From: Eledone cirrhosa
Taxonomy: Eukaryota
Direction: 5' to 3'
DNA length: 64,000 nucleotides
Assembly: GCA_964016885.1 (NCBI GenBank)
Contig: OZ024742.1
Coordinates: 119,970,001-120,034,000, forward strand
The notes beneath the pieces were generated by a model, which did no database searches, was not told where the DNA came from, and worked only from the letters and a program-made list of their open reading frames with translations. Positions 13,801-24,872 of this stretch are shown piece after piece. Made by a program: the position numbers and the translations under genes. Numbering within the stretch: position 1 is the stretch's first letter; every line of letters begins with the position of its first letter.

Positions 13801-16800
13801 GTATAATGTTGACCAAATATTTTTTCTTGTTTTCATTAATAAAGTTCTTTTAAGCACCACTGTTTAAGTTTGAAAAGTTAAGAAGCAAAGTAACCAGGCT
13901 GAAAATTAACAAAGTGAAATGGGGTGAACACTTTATAACTCAAACAGAATACAACTAACAATAAGATTGTTAACATGTGAATATTTAAAAAGGAAGAAAG
14001 AACAGCAAAAGACATAAAAAAAGCAAAGAGAAGCAATGTGAACACCAATAATTAGTGTGGTGCAAATGGTGTAATTTAGACACATGCACAGAACTAGGTG
14101 TGCTGATCTACAAGGTGATGAATTGTTTGCTTAATTAAGAATAGCTTGTTAAAATAGGGGAGTAAAAAAAATGGAACAATAAATTATAAGAAACACCCTT
14201 AAATGCACACACACATTCACCAATTCAGAGAAATAAATATACTCACACATATACATACTTATACAAACACAAAAACTAACTATATTTATATATGTACCGG
14301 CATCTAAACATTATGTAGCCAAATTTTGTAGTCTTTTTTTGGATAGATGAAGATAGTTTTGACATGATGTTTTATTGTTAGAATACTGATGTTTGGTGTT
14401 TGGTTCTATGTTCATGGTCTGAAGTGGATAAGAGATGAATACCTGCTAACCAGATAGGATAACATTCTACTGCAGGAACATTCACAGATGACTTGTTACA
14501 TATTCCTGACAACTAGATGAATTGATGCATGCAGAATGATGAGCCTTTCATAGATACACAATGAAATGCCTTCAGTAGCTTCAAATTCACAAACTATAAA
14601 TTGGTAAATATCTTATAATTCAGCCATTTTGCTTTTCCACTAATAATATACTATGAATAATGATTATGTTCATTATGTCCATCCTTTTTCCAAAAGAGAA
14701 ATGATTTATGCATGGCCAAAACAATATCAGCATTTTTACTCTCCCAAATCGTTTCTAAAATTCCTTAAGTAATTGAAAAAAAAAAAATATCACCTATGTA
14801 CATCCATACATTCACTTTCAATAATTACAGCAAATAAAAAGACAAATAAGAAGCAAAAGTGATATTGTAATAACCAATTTGGAAAGTTTTTACTTAGTGC
14901 AAATGTTGTATAATATTGATTTTTAACAGAAGGAATGTTTGATTATAACAACTTCAGTATAGAAGTGGTATAAGGTCAACCTCAGTGGGAACAGAGTATG
15001 TAAAGGTATACAACTAAACACTGCAATACTTTTCTCAAACACTTTGCTGCTTGTTTGCTGATGTTTTGACAATGTAAATTAAGATAGCTTCTGTTATTTT
15101 TTCATGTTTTTTTCTGAGAATTTATAGTATGAGTGCCTTGCAATCTAATTTAATGTCATGTATATAAATGTATAAAGTGTACAAGGGTATAAGGCCATCA
15201 TCCTCTCTGAAGAAACATGGAAAGGTATTGACTTATACAAGTTATACCAATGTAGGATACATTATGATGTATATGACAAGGAAGGTTTCCCTATACTGTT
15301 AATTGACTTGCTAGAAATTGGAGCCAAATCTTCATCATGCCGCATATTACCATCTTTAAAAAAGGACACATTGAATAATGTAGTCCCTGATAAAAAAGAT
15401 GGGATGGTTGTGAAACCCGTTTGATTATAGGTTTGCTTCATCAGTGATTGTTGACTTTAACGCACATCTTCATATTGTAGCTGTTTTAAATAAATGAATT
15501 TTTTATCCTGTTTGCATCGGCCTGCCCAAGACTGCCAATATTTCAGCATTTATGCAAGCATAGAAAAGCAGATGCAAAACGATGATGATGATTATCATAT
15601 CTAAATTAAAATTTTCCCATGTAAGAACATTTTACTATTTCATATATGAGCTGATGTTGCAAACATCAGCTCATATATGAAAAAGGTCAGTTGTTATATT
15701 TTACCAAATTGCTCCAAATTATTGATTATTTTCAACATTAATTGAAATACATAGGCAGTATATATTTATTGGAAATATGGTCCCAAAAGAGTTAAGATAT
15801 TCTATCTTACCTAACTATTTGTGTGTAATCTATTAGAGTTCATTCTTCAATATCCTGCTGTCATCAATACTTCAATACTATGTTTAAGATTCAAATACTT
15901 CTAGGGTTTTCGTAATCTTATCTATCTCATTGGGTAACAAACCTAATCGTGTTTATTTGGCTACTAGAAAAATAACAGGTCTCCTACTGTCTGTCATCTG
16001 GTTGCGATTAATGTTGAAATCCAAAGAATTTGAAAGTCTTTAGATTCAACATTCTATGAGGCGATGAGTTTATATTTCACTAGTGTCAATTATACTTTCC
16101 CTGACAAATATTATCATTATCATTGATATTACTCTAATACACAGTTCTTTCCTGTTTAAGAATTTTCTCAAGAGTACTGTAAAATGTCTTAATTAAATTA
16201 CCATATTAAATTTTTGGTTCTGTTTAGCATCATATCATATAATCCCTACACTTGGCCTGCTTAGTTGCCCTTATATGCTATATTTAACAAAATTCTTGAA
16301 AACACCGAAAAACATTAAAATACAAAAGTACAGCTGGCTTTACATTTTCAGTTGTTAACAGAAACCATAGAATTTTGTGATAAAAATGGAAAGTCAAAAC
16401 ACTAAACTTGTTTAATGTATAATTATAGAAAAAACAAACAAAATGTATAATTGGCAATTTAACCCTTTCTTAACCATATTTTTAAAGAAATACACAGATC
16501 TTACTTCCATTTAATTATAAAGATTAATTGGCACATTAAGTCAATGTATGGTTCATAATTTAATAAAAGGTTTTAACACAAAATTATATACCAAGGGGAG
16601 GTTCTAGCATGTTTAGTTTCAAAAGAGTTGATCAAACATGTCTTATAGTTTGCATATTCTAATACACATGTGTGTGTTTTTATGTGTGTTACCATATGTC
16701 CTGGGTGTTGTATCAGAACGGATGTAGAAAAAATTAAAGTCCCCCCTCCCTGCATATAAAGAATAACATTTCCCAAATATTAGAAAAGAAATATGAACCA

Positions 16801-17388
16801 GTCAATAGGACTACAATCAATTTGAACTCAACACTTATGAGGGGTTGTCTAGTACATTATCTTGTGAGACATTTTGTATATACATATTCACACATGCATG
16901 CACATATACATACACATACAAACACATACTTGCAATTAGTTGTTTACAAGACCACTTCAGCAGTTAAATAAAATATCTTATATCACCAGAAGCTATATAG
17001 ATTGCATATGTGAGTGGTGCATGTGTCTGTGTGTGTGTGTGAGTGTGTGTGTGTGAGTGTGTTTAACTATCCAGTAAAGAACAATGTACCTAACAACTAC
17101 AATAGGGGAAAATATGCATATGTGCATGTGTATATGAGCATATGTGTGTGAATGTGTTTTTGTGGGGGATTGGGTTAGGTGGCAGTTGGGGAGGTATATT
17201 AGAGAAGAATTGAAACAACTTAAAAAAAAAAGCAAAAGGGGAGAAAAACACCAAAAAAAAATCCCCAAAAGAATAGAACAATAAAAGAAAGAGAAGAGGA
17301 GATGAAATGGGAGGAGGAGGAGGAGTAGGAAGAGGATGAAGTGGAGCTGTACATCAGATCCAGTTGTGAATGTCAGTGAAAACTGTAC

Positions 17389-17520
17389 CTGTTGGTTGTA
17401 TTCCCACCCGCCATAAGCATTAGGACAAGGTGTCAGTATCACTTTTTCCCTGCGTGTAAATATGTGGAGACACATGTTCTCATCTAGCATTATCTGTTTC
17501 TTCTTGGTGAAGGCAAACAC
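17389..17520 (-). CDS. GALNT1: GALNT lectin beta-repeat exon, variant B (divergent alternative exon): VFAFTKKKQIMLDENMCLHIFTRREKVILTPCPNAYGGWEYNQQ
   Basis: Start of ORF 16993..17520. Acceptor tgtcgtag|, donor cag|gtacag, 132 nt, phase 0-0. Collinear with variant A (xF.(Y/F)TKK, CL, V.L..C, WEY) and has no stop codons. Confidence 0.8.
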
Positions 17521-17544
17521 CTACGACAGACGTCAGCAACAAGG

Positions 17545-17573
17545 TATGATGGAATGGATGCCCACGGCATGCA
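17545..17573 (-). promoter_or_regulatory. Putative splicing-regulatory motifs upstream of alternative exon B: UGCAUG (RBFOX) and a YCAY cluster (NOVA/Pasilla)
   Basis: The minus strand reads TGCATG (17573-17568), then CCAT-T-CCAT-CAT, 25-55 nt before a weak acceptor (gctgacgtctgtcgtag). These motifs are short and could occur by chance. Confidence 0.35.
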
Positions 17574-17651
17574 AACAAACAGAACGGACAATGGTTACAT
17601 AGAAAAAAAAAAATCAACACTCATCAAACTAAAAGAAATTAAGCATGTCTA

Positions 17652-17690
<39 letters not shown>

Positions 17691-19445
17691 GGATTAATTG
17701 AATGGTTGTATAAATTAATGGGCCTGCAATAGAGCAACCGGTCTTCTGCAGCTAATAATACAGGGATTGAGTTATTTTCATTGTTTTGTTTTGTTTTTGT
17801 TTTTCTCACCTTTTCAGTGGAGAAAAGCATAAAAAAAACAAACAAAAAAAAAAGAAACATCGGCTGAAAAAGAATGTAACAAACTTAACTCAGATCTAAA
17901 CCTGCAAGCAATCACAAGATATACACACACACATACATACATACAAACACAGAAAACAAAACAAACAAAAAGGTACAGAATAAAATTACAAATCATAAAC
18001 AAAATGAAAAAAAAAAAAAAACACAATCATAACAGCAGCAGCAAAAAAAAAAGAGAAGAAAAAAAAAAAAACGTTTTTGTGTCGTCTGACTGAATGGCAA
18101 TTGGAAATTGACTGCAAATTAGAAAGAAAACTTGAGCTATATTCAAATGGCCAGGTAAATAAGTGAAGTGAGTTGAAAAATTTGATGGTTGAAAAATAGA
18201 AAAGATTTGGAAGCATATTTCTAAGTTATACACCTAAATACATTTGTATGTGATGTGAGTTTGTGTGTGATGTGAGTTTGTGTGTAATGTTAGAGATGTA
18301 TCTACTATCTACAGACACTATAAGTTGGGATATAAATTTTTCTTCAATATATGATTGCACTAGAGCAAAAATAACTTTGTTAGCTAGAAAGAGTATACAC
18401 TTTATTAAATTTAGCTGAGATAGAGCACAAAAGAATAAAAATGGCGATAGAAAAAAGGATTAAAGTTCTTGTTAGTTAATCTATGACTTTTATTTCTATA
18501 ACCCGCTTGTTAATCATTTAATAACTTCCATTTCTATTAGTTAGTCTTTCTATGGTTTCTTTGCAAATCTAGTTGTTACAAAGCTTATATTAACAGAAAA
18601 AAAGTAAAAGAAAATTATCAAACCATGTTGTATTATACACCATAACAAATTAAAAAAAAATCTACCTTATACCCCCAAAACGTGATCAAACTGGACAAAA
18701 TCACTTGTCGTTTGCTTTGAAGCTTGAATATTTACTAAATCTTGATCTATTCTGTCTGCTTTGGTGGTATGCGTGTGTGTGCGTGTGTAACTATGTGTTG
18801 AATGGCCTTGCGAACCCGCAATTGACCAGGCGTGGTGAGTGCCGTTACACACCCTGGAAAGGTTAAACTACATGACAATAACACATTGCAATCCTCGTAA
18901 CTGTCCTGTTATCTTGCCTTGGCTTGTCACTAAACACCTAGAAGTTGGGATGGACTGGATGCTATGTATGTAGCACAAGATTTTTTTTTATTTTTATACT
19001 ATTTTGCTGCCTTCTTATAACTCTTTAATTCTTTCCTATAACAATTCAACACTACCATTACAGTTCTGTCAGCTTCCCTGTTTTGTTCAAGATTTGGATT
19101 GCTTTCTGAAAGTTGCCCTAAAGTACAAAGTACAAGTTGGTTTTACTAAAGCTTTTAAATAAATGTTTTGTTATAAAATTGGTTGTGGAGGATGTTGTTG
19201 TTTACTACCTAAGTTATATACATGTTTTGTTAACACCCAAATTTGTACAAAAGGTGTAGAAAATTATCAATAAGAATCCAGGAATTTCAATTAATGCCAT
19301 TGCTAAAGAGCTGAAGGTTTCAGAACAATACAAGTCATATGTGATGTGTAGAGGCCAATTCATGTCTCCAAAGACAAGATAACTGTTTGATCTGCATAAA
19401 GTGCTTATTGAACACATTAAAATAACAAAAGCTCCAATTGCTTAA

Positions 19446-20513
19446 CCCTTTAGTGTTCAAACCACCCGAAACTATTTCCCCTTCATTTGTTCAAACCGCC
19501 CGAAACCAGCCGATAACACCCACACTAAAATATCGTTCGAAAAATAAACAAACCATCATTAAAATTTAGTCAATTCAAGATTACTGTGAGATGAGGCCCT
19601 TACCACGAAATATAGTGAAACAACTTAAAACAACATGTGCTTTTTTAACGTTGAAAGTAGAACAGATTTTTTGTGTATCAACATGGCTTGTGAAAGTAGC
19701 GATAACGACTTTGAAGGTTTTACACACGACGACATTTAGAATGAACAAGAAACAAAAGTTAATATTAGTGATTTATCTTCAAATGAATCAGATGTTTACA
19801 TTTCTGAAATTTCATCTGACGATGATTGTTGTTTTGAAAGTGAAAACGAAGGAGATCTCTATTGAAAATATTACAGCAACGTGGTTGAAAAATACCACAC
19901 CAATATATGTTCCCGATTTTATTCAAAATACTGGTCCACAACACACATTAGCTCCCGATGTTAAAGCACTAGATTATTTCTTTTTGTTTTTACCACAAAC
20001 TTTCTTCGAAGTTGTGGCAGAAGAGATTAATCGATATGTCCAACAACAGATTTCAAATCGAGGAAAACCCGATCTGTTTGGCGACCAACAGATGCTGTGG
20101 AAATGCAAGCATTTTTTACTGTAAATATTATGTTCGGTATAAAACAATTTCCAAGACTGTGGAATTACTGGAGCACTGATATAAGGTTTAGTGATCCTTA
20201 TATATCAAGTATTATGCCGAAAACAACGTATTTAAAATTAAACCAGTATTTGCACCTGGTTGATACTTCAAATGCCCCTATTAATTAATTTCACCTGCCC
20301 ATAAAAGTCAAATTTGACCAAAAAAATCAGGTAAAATTATATAATTGTAAATTATTGATATTTAAACATCTACTGACAAGATTTCAAGCCTGCACATAGA
20401 AAATTAAGAAAATTACAAACAAATAAAATTGATAACCCTCTTGAGTATGATTAACTCAAAATAATGTGAACAGATAAGCATGACATTTGAAAATTAATGC
20501 AAATGCTAAAGGG
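19446..20513 (+). mobile_element. Internally deleted piggyBac element with transposase remnant
   Basis: TTAA|CCCTTTAG ... CTAAAGGG|TTAA termini. ORFs 19591..20124 and 20097..20288 resemble the N-terminal part of piggyBac/PGBD4 transposases (DYFFLFLP..EINRY, EMQAFF..MFGIKQFP..NYWSTD, YLHL). Confidence 0.88.
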
Positions 20514-20919
20514 TTAATAATGTAGATTTCATATGGTGATTATGTAACACATTGAATACCAGCAAATGTACCCTGTTTTTCTATTAATGGTATATATATA
20601 TTTATATAAGTTAATCCCAGCTTCAATCGGGGGGTAACCACAGTAAGTAAGGTACTCAATACAAAGCAGAGTATAAATATTCAATATAGAAAGGCTTCTA
20701 CAGGACCAGAACTGTTTCACTTGGGAGAAGTCATCAGATGATTTCTCCTGAGTGAAACAGTTCTAGTCCTGTAGAAGCCTTTCTATATTAAATATAAGCA
20801 AAGGGATATTTAATTTGTTGGTAATTCAACAAATATATATATTTATAACAGATTCGAAGCAGTAATGAGGGACAGAGACCATGGATCTCGGGAATTTTAC
20901 CCGCCCTAGATATATATAT

Positions 20920-21597
20920 ATATCTAGGGCGGGTAAAATTCCCCGAGATCCATGGACGAGTTCTCTCCAGCGGTCTCTGTGCCTCATTATTGCTGCCATG
21001 TCCTGCGTTTCCAAGAGACCAGTGTCTATCCTTAGGGCATCAACATATGTTAACCTCGGTCTTCCTATTCCAGTGTGACCATGTAGGGGCTCTCACAGGA
21101 GCACTCAGTGCAATGTCAACTCTGGATGTTGGTGAGCATGTCCAGCTAACCTCAGTTTCCTCTCTGTCACTTTTGAGCTGACTTTTGGGAGGCTGCTGTA
21201 CAGCTCTGAGTTCTTCATCCTCAGTATATACTGATTAATGTTCAGAGCCATTGTCAGCATTCTCATGTAGCACCCATCCACCATCTGACAAGAAGCCAGA
21301 AAAGATTACTAATGTAGGCGGGAAGCCGCTAGAATTGGTTGAGGACTTCCTGTACTTGGGAGCAAAGATTGGGAATTCGGAAGATGATATGGTCAAGAGG
21401 AAGAGCAAAGATTGAGAATACGGAAGATGATATGGTCAAGAGGAAGAGCAAAGCTTGGGCGGCGTGCCACAGCTTGAGATCGGTGTGGAAGTTGGACCCT
21501 CGTAAAGACCTGAAAATCCGCCTCTTTGTTGCTGTAGTGGGGTCTGTGCTGCTGTACGGGTCTGAGACTTGGACACTGACCAAGAAACTCACTCAGA
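20920..21597. mobile_element. RTE-like LINE fragment with 5' inversion (3' part on minus 20920-21288, upstream part on plus 21289-21597)
   Basis: Plus strand: ELVEDFLYLG...SVLLYGSETWTLTKKLTQR. The minus strand continues with MVDGCYMRML...RLAGHAHQH...GRPRLTYVD...DRWRE. Both outer ends abut (TA)n. Confidence 0.85.
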
Positions 21598-21624
21598 GAT
21601 ATATATATATATATATATATATAA

Positions 21625-22720
21625 TTAACAACAAATATAGTGAAGAATTTAGCGTAAAAGTCGGTGTTCATCAGGGCTCAGTCCTTAACCCCCTCCTATT
21701 TATATTGCCCTTCAGGCTATAACAGAGGAGCTCAAGACCGGCTGCCCATGGGATCTTCTATACGCAGATGATCTAACGCTCATAGCTGAATCAATGGCTG
21801 AACTAGAGAAGAAATTCCAAACTTGGAAGCATGGCCTAGAATTAAAAGGCCTTACAATTAACTTGTCTAAGACTAAAGTTCTAGTATGTAGGAAGTAAAA
21901 TAGGGCACTGGTCCCCTCTGGAAAATGGCCATGCTCAGTGTGTAGGAAAGGAGTAGGCAGAAACTCCATTTTATGTCCCAAATGCAAAGTATGGGTGCAT
22001 AAAAGATGTAGTGGGATCACAGGTAAACTAACTAAGAACATAGATTTTATATGTGGCCGGTGCTCAGGTGCAATAAGTAGTAGCAATTGCCCACATGATA
22101 CTAGCTCCTTCCATTGCCCAGATGGTTCTATAGAAACAGTGGACACCTTCCGTTACCTGGGTGACAAAATCAGCAGTGGTGGAGGGTGCTCTGAAAGTAC
22201 AGTAGCTAGAGTCAGAGCGGGATGGAAAAAGTTCAGAGAGCTTATACCACTATTGGCCGCTAAAGGTTTCTCCCTAAAAATGAAAGGCAGACTGTATGAT
22301 GCCTGCATACGAACAGCAATGTTACATGGCAGTTAGACATGGGCATTGTGTGCAGAGGATCTGCGCAGACTGGAGAGGAATGAAGCTTGCATGCTCCGTT
22401 GGATGTGTAATAGTAATATACGTGAATGGCAAAGCATAAATGAACTAAGTGAGAAATTAGGAATAAGAGGGATCAGATGCTGTTTATTTGAGAGAAGACT
22501 ACGTTGGTATGGTCACGTGATGCGCATGAAAGACGACAGCTGTATAAAGAAGTGCAAGGCGATCAAAGTAGATGGCAGCTACGGAGTAGGCAGACCCAGA
22601 AAAACCTGGGATGATTTGATAAATTCAGACCTTACACACTTGCACCTCTCCAAGACAATGTCACTAGACTGAGATCTTTGGCGCTACGCAGTAATACAGA
22701 AGACCCGCCTTGCCTAAGTA
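21625..22720 (+). mobile_element. RTE-clade LINE 3' fragment (RT domain, Cys-rich insert, C-terminus), decayed
   Basis: VGVHQGSVL.PLLF, LLYADDL, PCSVCRKGVGRNSILCPKCKVWVHKRC, FRYLGD, RRLRWYGHVMR, GRPRKTW. In-frame stops and frameshifts are present. Confidence 0.92.
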
Positions 22721-23406
22721 CAAAGCGAAACCTACAGTCAGTTGGCACCTCCTAACCAAAAATACACCGCCATCCCACTACCCTGCCCCCACTCGTTTCT
22801 CTGTAAAGTTATGTTGGTGCCACAACATCCAGTCCTAAATAAATGAGGTCGTGTAGGTGTCACGACAAAAACCCTCAGTCCATGTTGTAATGTGGCCGTG
22901 TAGGTAACACAGTAAAAACCTCCCAGTACACACTGTAAACGTGGTTGGTGTTAGGAAGGGCATCCAGCCGTAGAAAACCTGCCAGACAGTCCTATACGAG
23001 CAAGACAACCAATCTTGCCTCACGTGGGACAATTCCCGTCTAAATCCATTCTAGTGTGGAAGATAGACGGTAAACGATGATGGTGATGATATATATACCA
23101 TTAATAGAAAAACAGGGTACATTTGCTGATATTCAATGTGTTACATAATCGCCATATGAAATCTACATTATTAAGCAATTGGGGCTTTTGTTATTTTAAT
23201 GTGCTCAACAAGCACTTTATGCAGATCAGACGGTTATCTTTTGTCTTTGGAGACATGAATTGGCCTCTACACATCACATATGACTTGTATTGACACATAT
23301 GACATATATATATATGTATGTAAAAGGTAAACAGAAATAATAACACAATCGGTACAGTATATGGAAGGAATATATTACGTTAACGTTTGAAATAGCAGGA
23401 AGAGGG

Positions 23407-23442
23407 TCTTAACGTTTCGGATGCTAGTCCTTCATCAGAAGA
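23407..23442 (-). ncRNA. Minimal hammerhead ribozyme motif on the gene's sense strand
   Basis: Minus strand reads TCTT CTGATGA A GGA-CTAGCA-TCC GAAACGT T AAGA: stem I TCTT/AAGA, stem II GGA/TCC, palindromic stem III. Confidence 0.55.
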
Positions 23443-23484
23443 AAGAATGAGAAATAAGATGGAATGAAGGGACGGGCAGGTTGG

Positions 23485-23552
<68 letters not shown>

Positions 23553-24194
23553 CAAGACAAAAAGCTCCTTGTCCACACTGTAAAGTGGTCATGTAGGCAA
23601 CACAGCAAAAAGCACCCAGCACACACTGTAAATGTGGTTGGTGTTAGGAAGGGCATCCAGCCATAGAAACCAAGTAAAATCAGTTCTGTGTGAGTGAATC
23701 ACAGTCCCCTAACCTGATCCCTCACAAAGGGACAGCCCGTCCTACCCATGCTAGCATGGAAGATGGACGTTAAACGATGATGATTATATATATATAGAAA
23801 TATAAAACTACTTATTAAAAATATTTTATTATAATGATGATGATGATGATGATGACGACGACGCTTAAGTTTTGTTTATTTGCCTATTATATATATATTT
23901 TGAAAGCTAGTGGTACTACAGAATGGGCAGTGCCAACTGACTAGAGCCAGTACAAGAACAAAAGATGGTAAATATACATTTTATCCTCTACCTGTAGATA
24001 ACAACATGGTAAATGATGTATAAAAACAAAAAAAATCTATGTTATTAAAATAATTAAAAAAATACTGATATTAAAATTAAAAATGCCTGATAACCAACTA
24101 ATCTCTACACATGCAGACTAAATAGATATATTCTCTCTTTTTTTTTCTTTGAGGAGTTTTTAGTCATCAGATCTTTGTCTGGTCACTGTCATAC

Positions 24195-24329
24195 CTCTTT
24201 GTCATATTCCCAGATCTGGTTCCCGCCCAGACCATGGCACTGAAATAATTTTACAGGGCCACCCACAGCTGAAACATCGAGACACACATCGTCTGTTTGG
24301 AGAGCTTGCTTTTTTGTATAGGAAAAAAT
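24195..24329 (-). CDS. GALNT1: GALNT lectin beta-repeat exon, variant A (canonical): IFSYTKKQALQTDDVCLDVSAVGGPVKLFQCHGLGGNQIWEYDKE
   Basis: Manual translation, not in the ORF track. Acceptor atttcag|, donor |gtatga, 135 nt, phase 0-0. CLD and NQxW motifs are intact. Confidence 0.93.
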
Positions 24330-24832
24330 CTGAAATCAATCAAGTGAGGTAAGAACTTGTGATTAAGCACCGTCAAAACATAAAATTGAACAACATTTAA
24401 ACAGTTTGGTTAGAATATACAACAAAGAACAAATAACAAAATAATGGGCATTATTCTCTACAGAATTCTGATATATTTTGCAGTATTTACTGTTTTAATA
24501 AACTGTTTCAGTATCATTAAGAATGATAACAGTAACTTACATCTCTTTCATTTTTTTTTTTACAAGTTAACAAAGAATAAGGTGCAACTATGAAAGATAT
24601 ATAGAATTTGTTAGATGTAGGACTTAGTGAGTTTGAAATGACAAGATTTACTATCTGGTTCTTTATTATGGTTGAAATGTACTGTTGAAAGAAAAAACAA
24701 CCTATTGTCACTACTGTCATTAATACATAAGTTATTGTATTTGCCAATTTGCCAAAGATGCAAAAAATATCTTGTCAGTAGTACACATGTTAACTGCGAT
24801 TAACCTAAACTGTCAGAATTTTGACAAATGTA

Positions 24833-24872
<40 letters not shown>

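Noticed and set aside
16993-17388. Hydrophobic extension of ORF 16993..17520 as a membrane-anchored C-terminus
   Set aside because: Beyond the donor at 17388 the sequence is low-complexity T-rich and (CA)n intron. Read-through by intron retention cannot be supported from the sequence.
18666-18731. Minus-strand peptide IFKLQSKRQVIL...WGYK|gt vaguely resembling exon B
   Set aside because: No adjacent in-frame AG acceptor, no cysteines, and too short.
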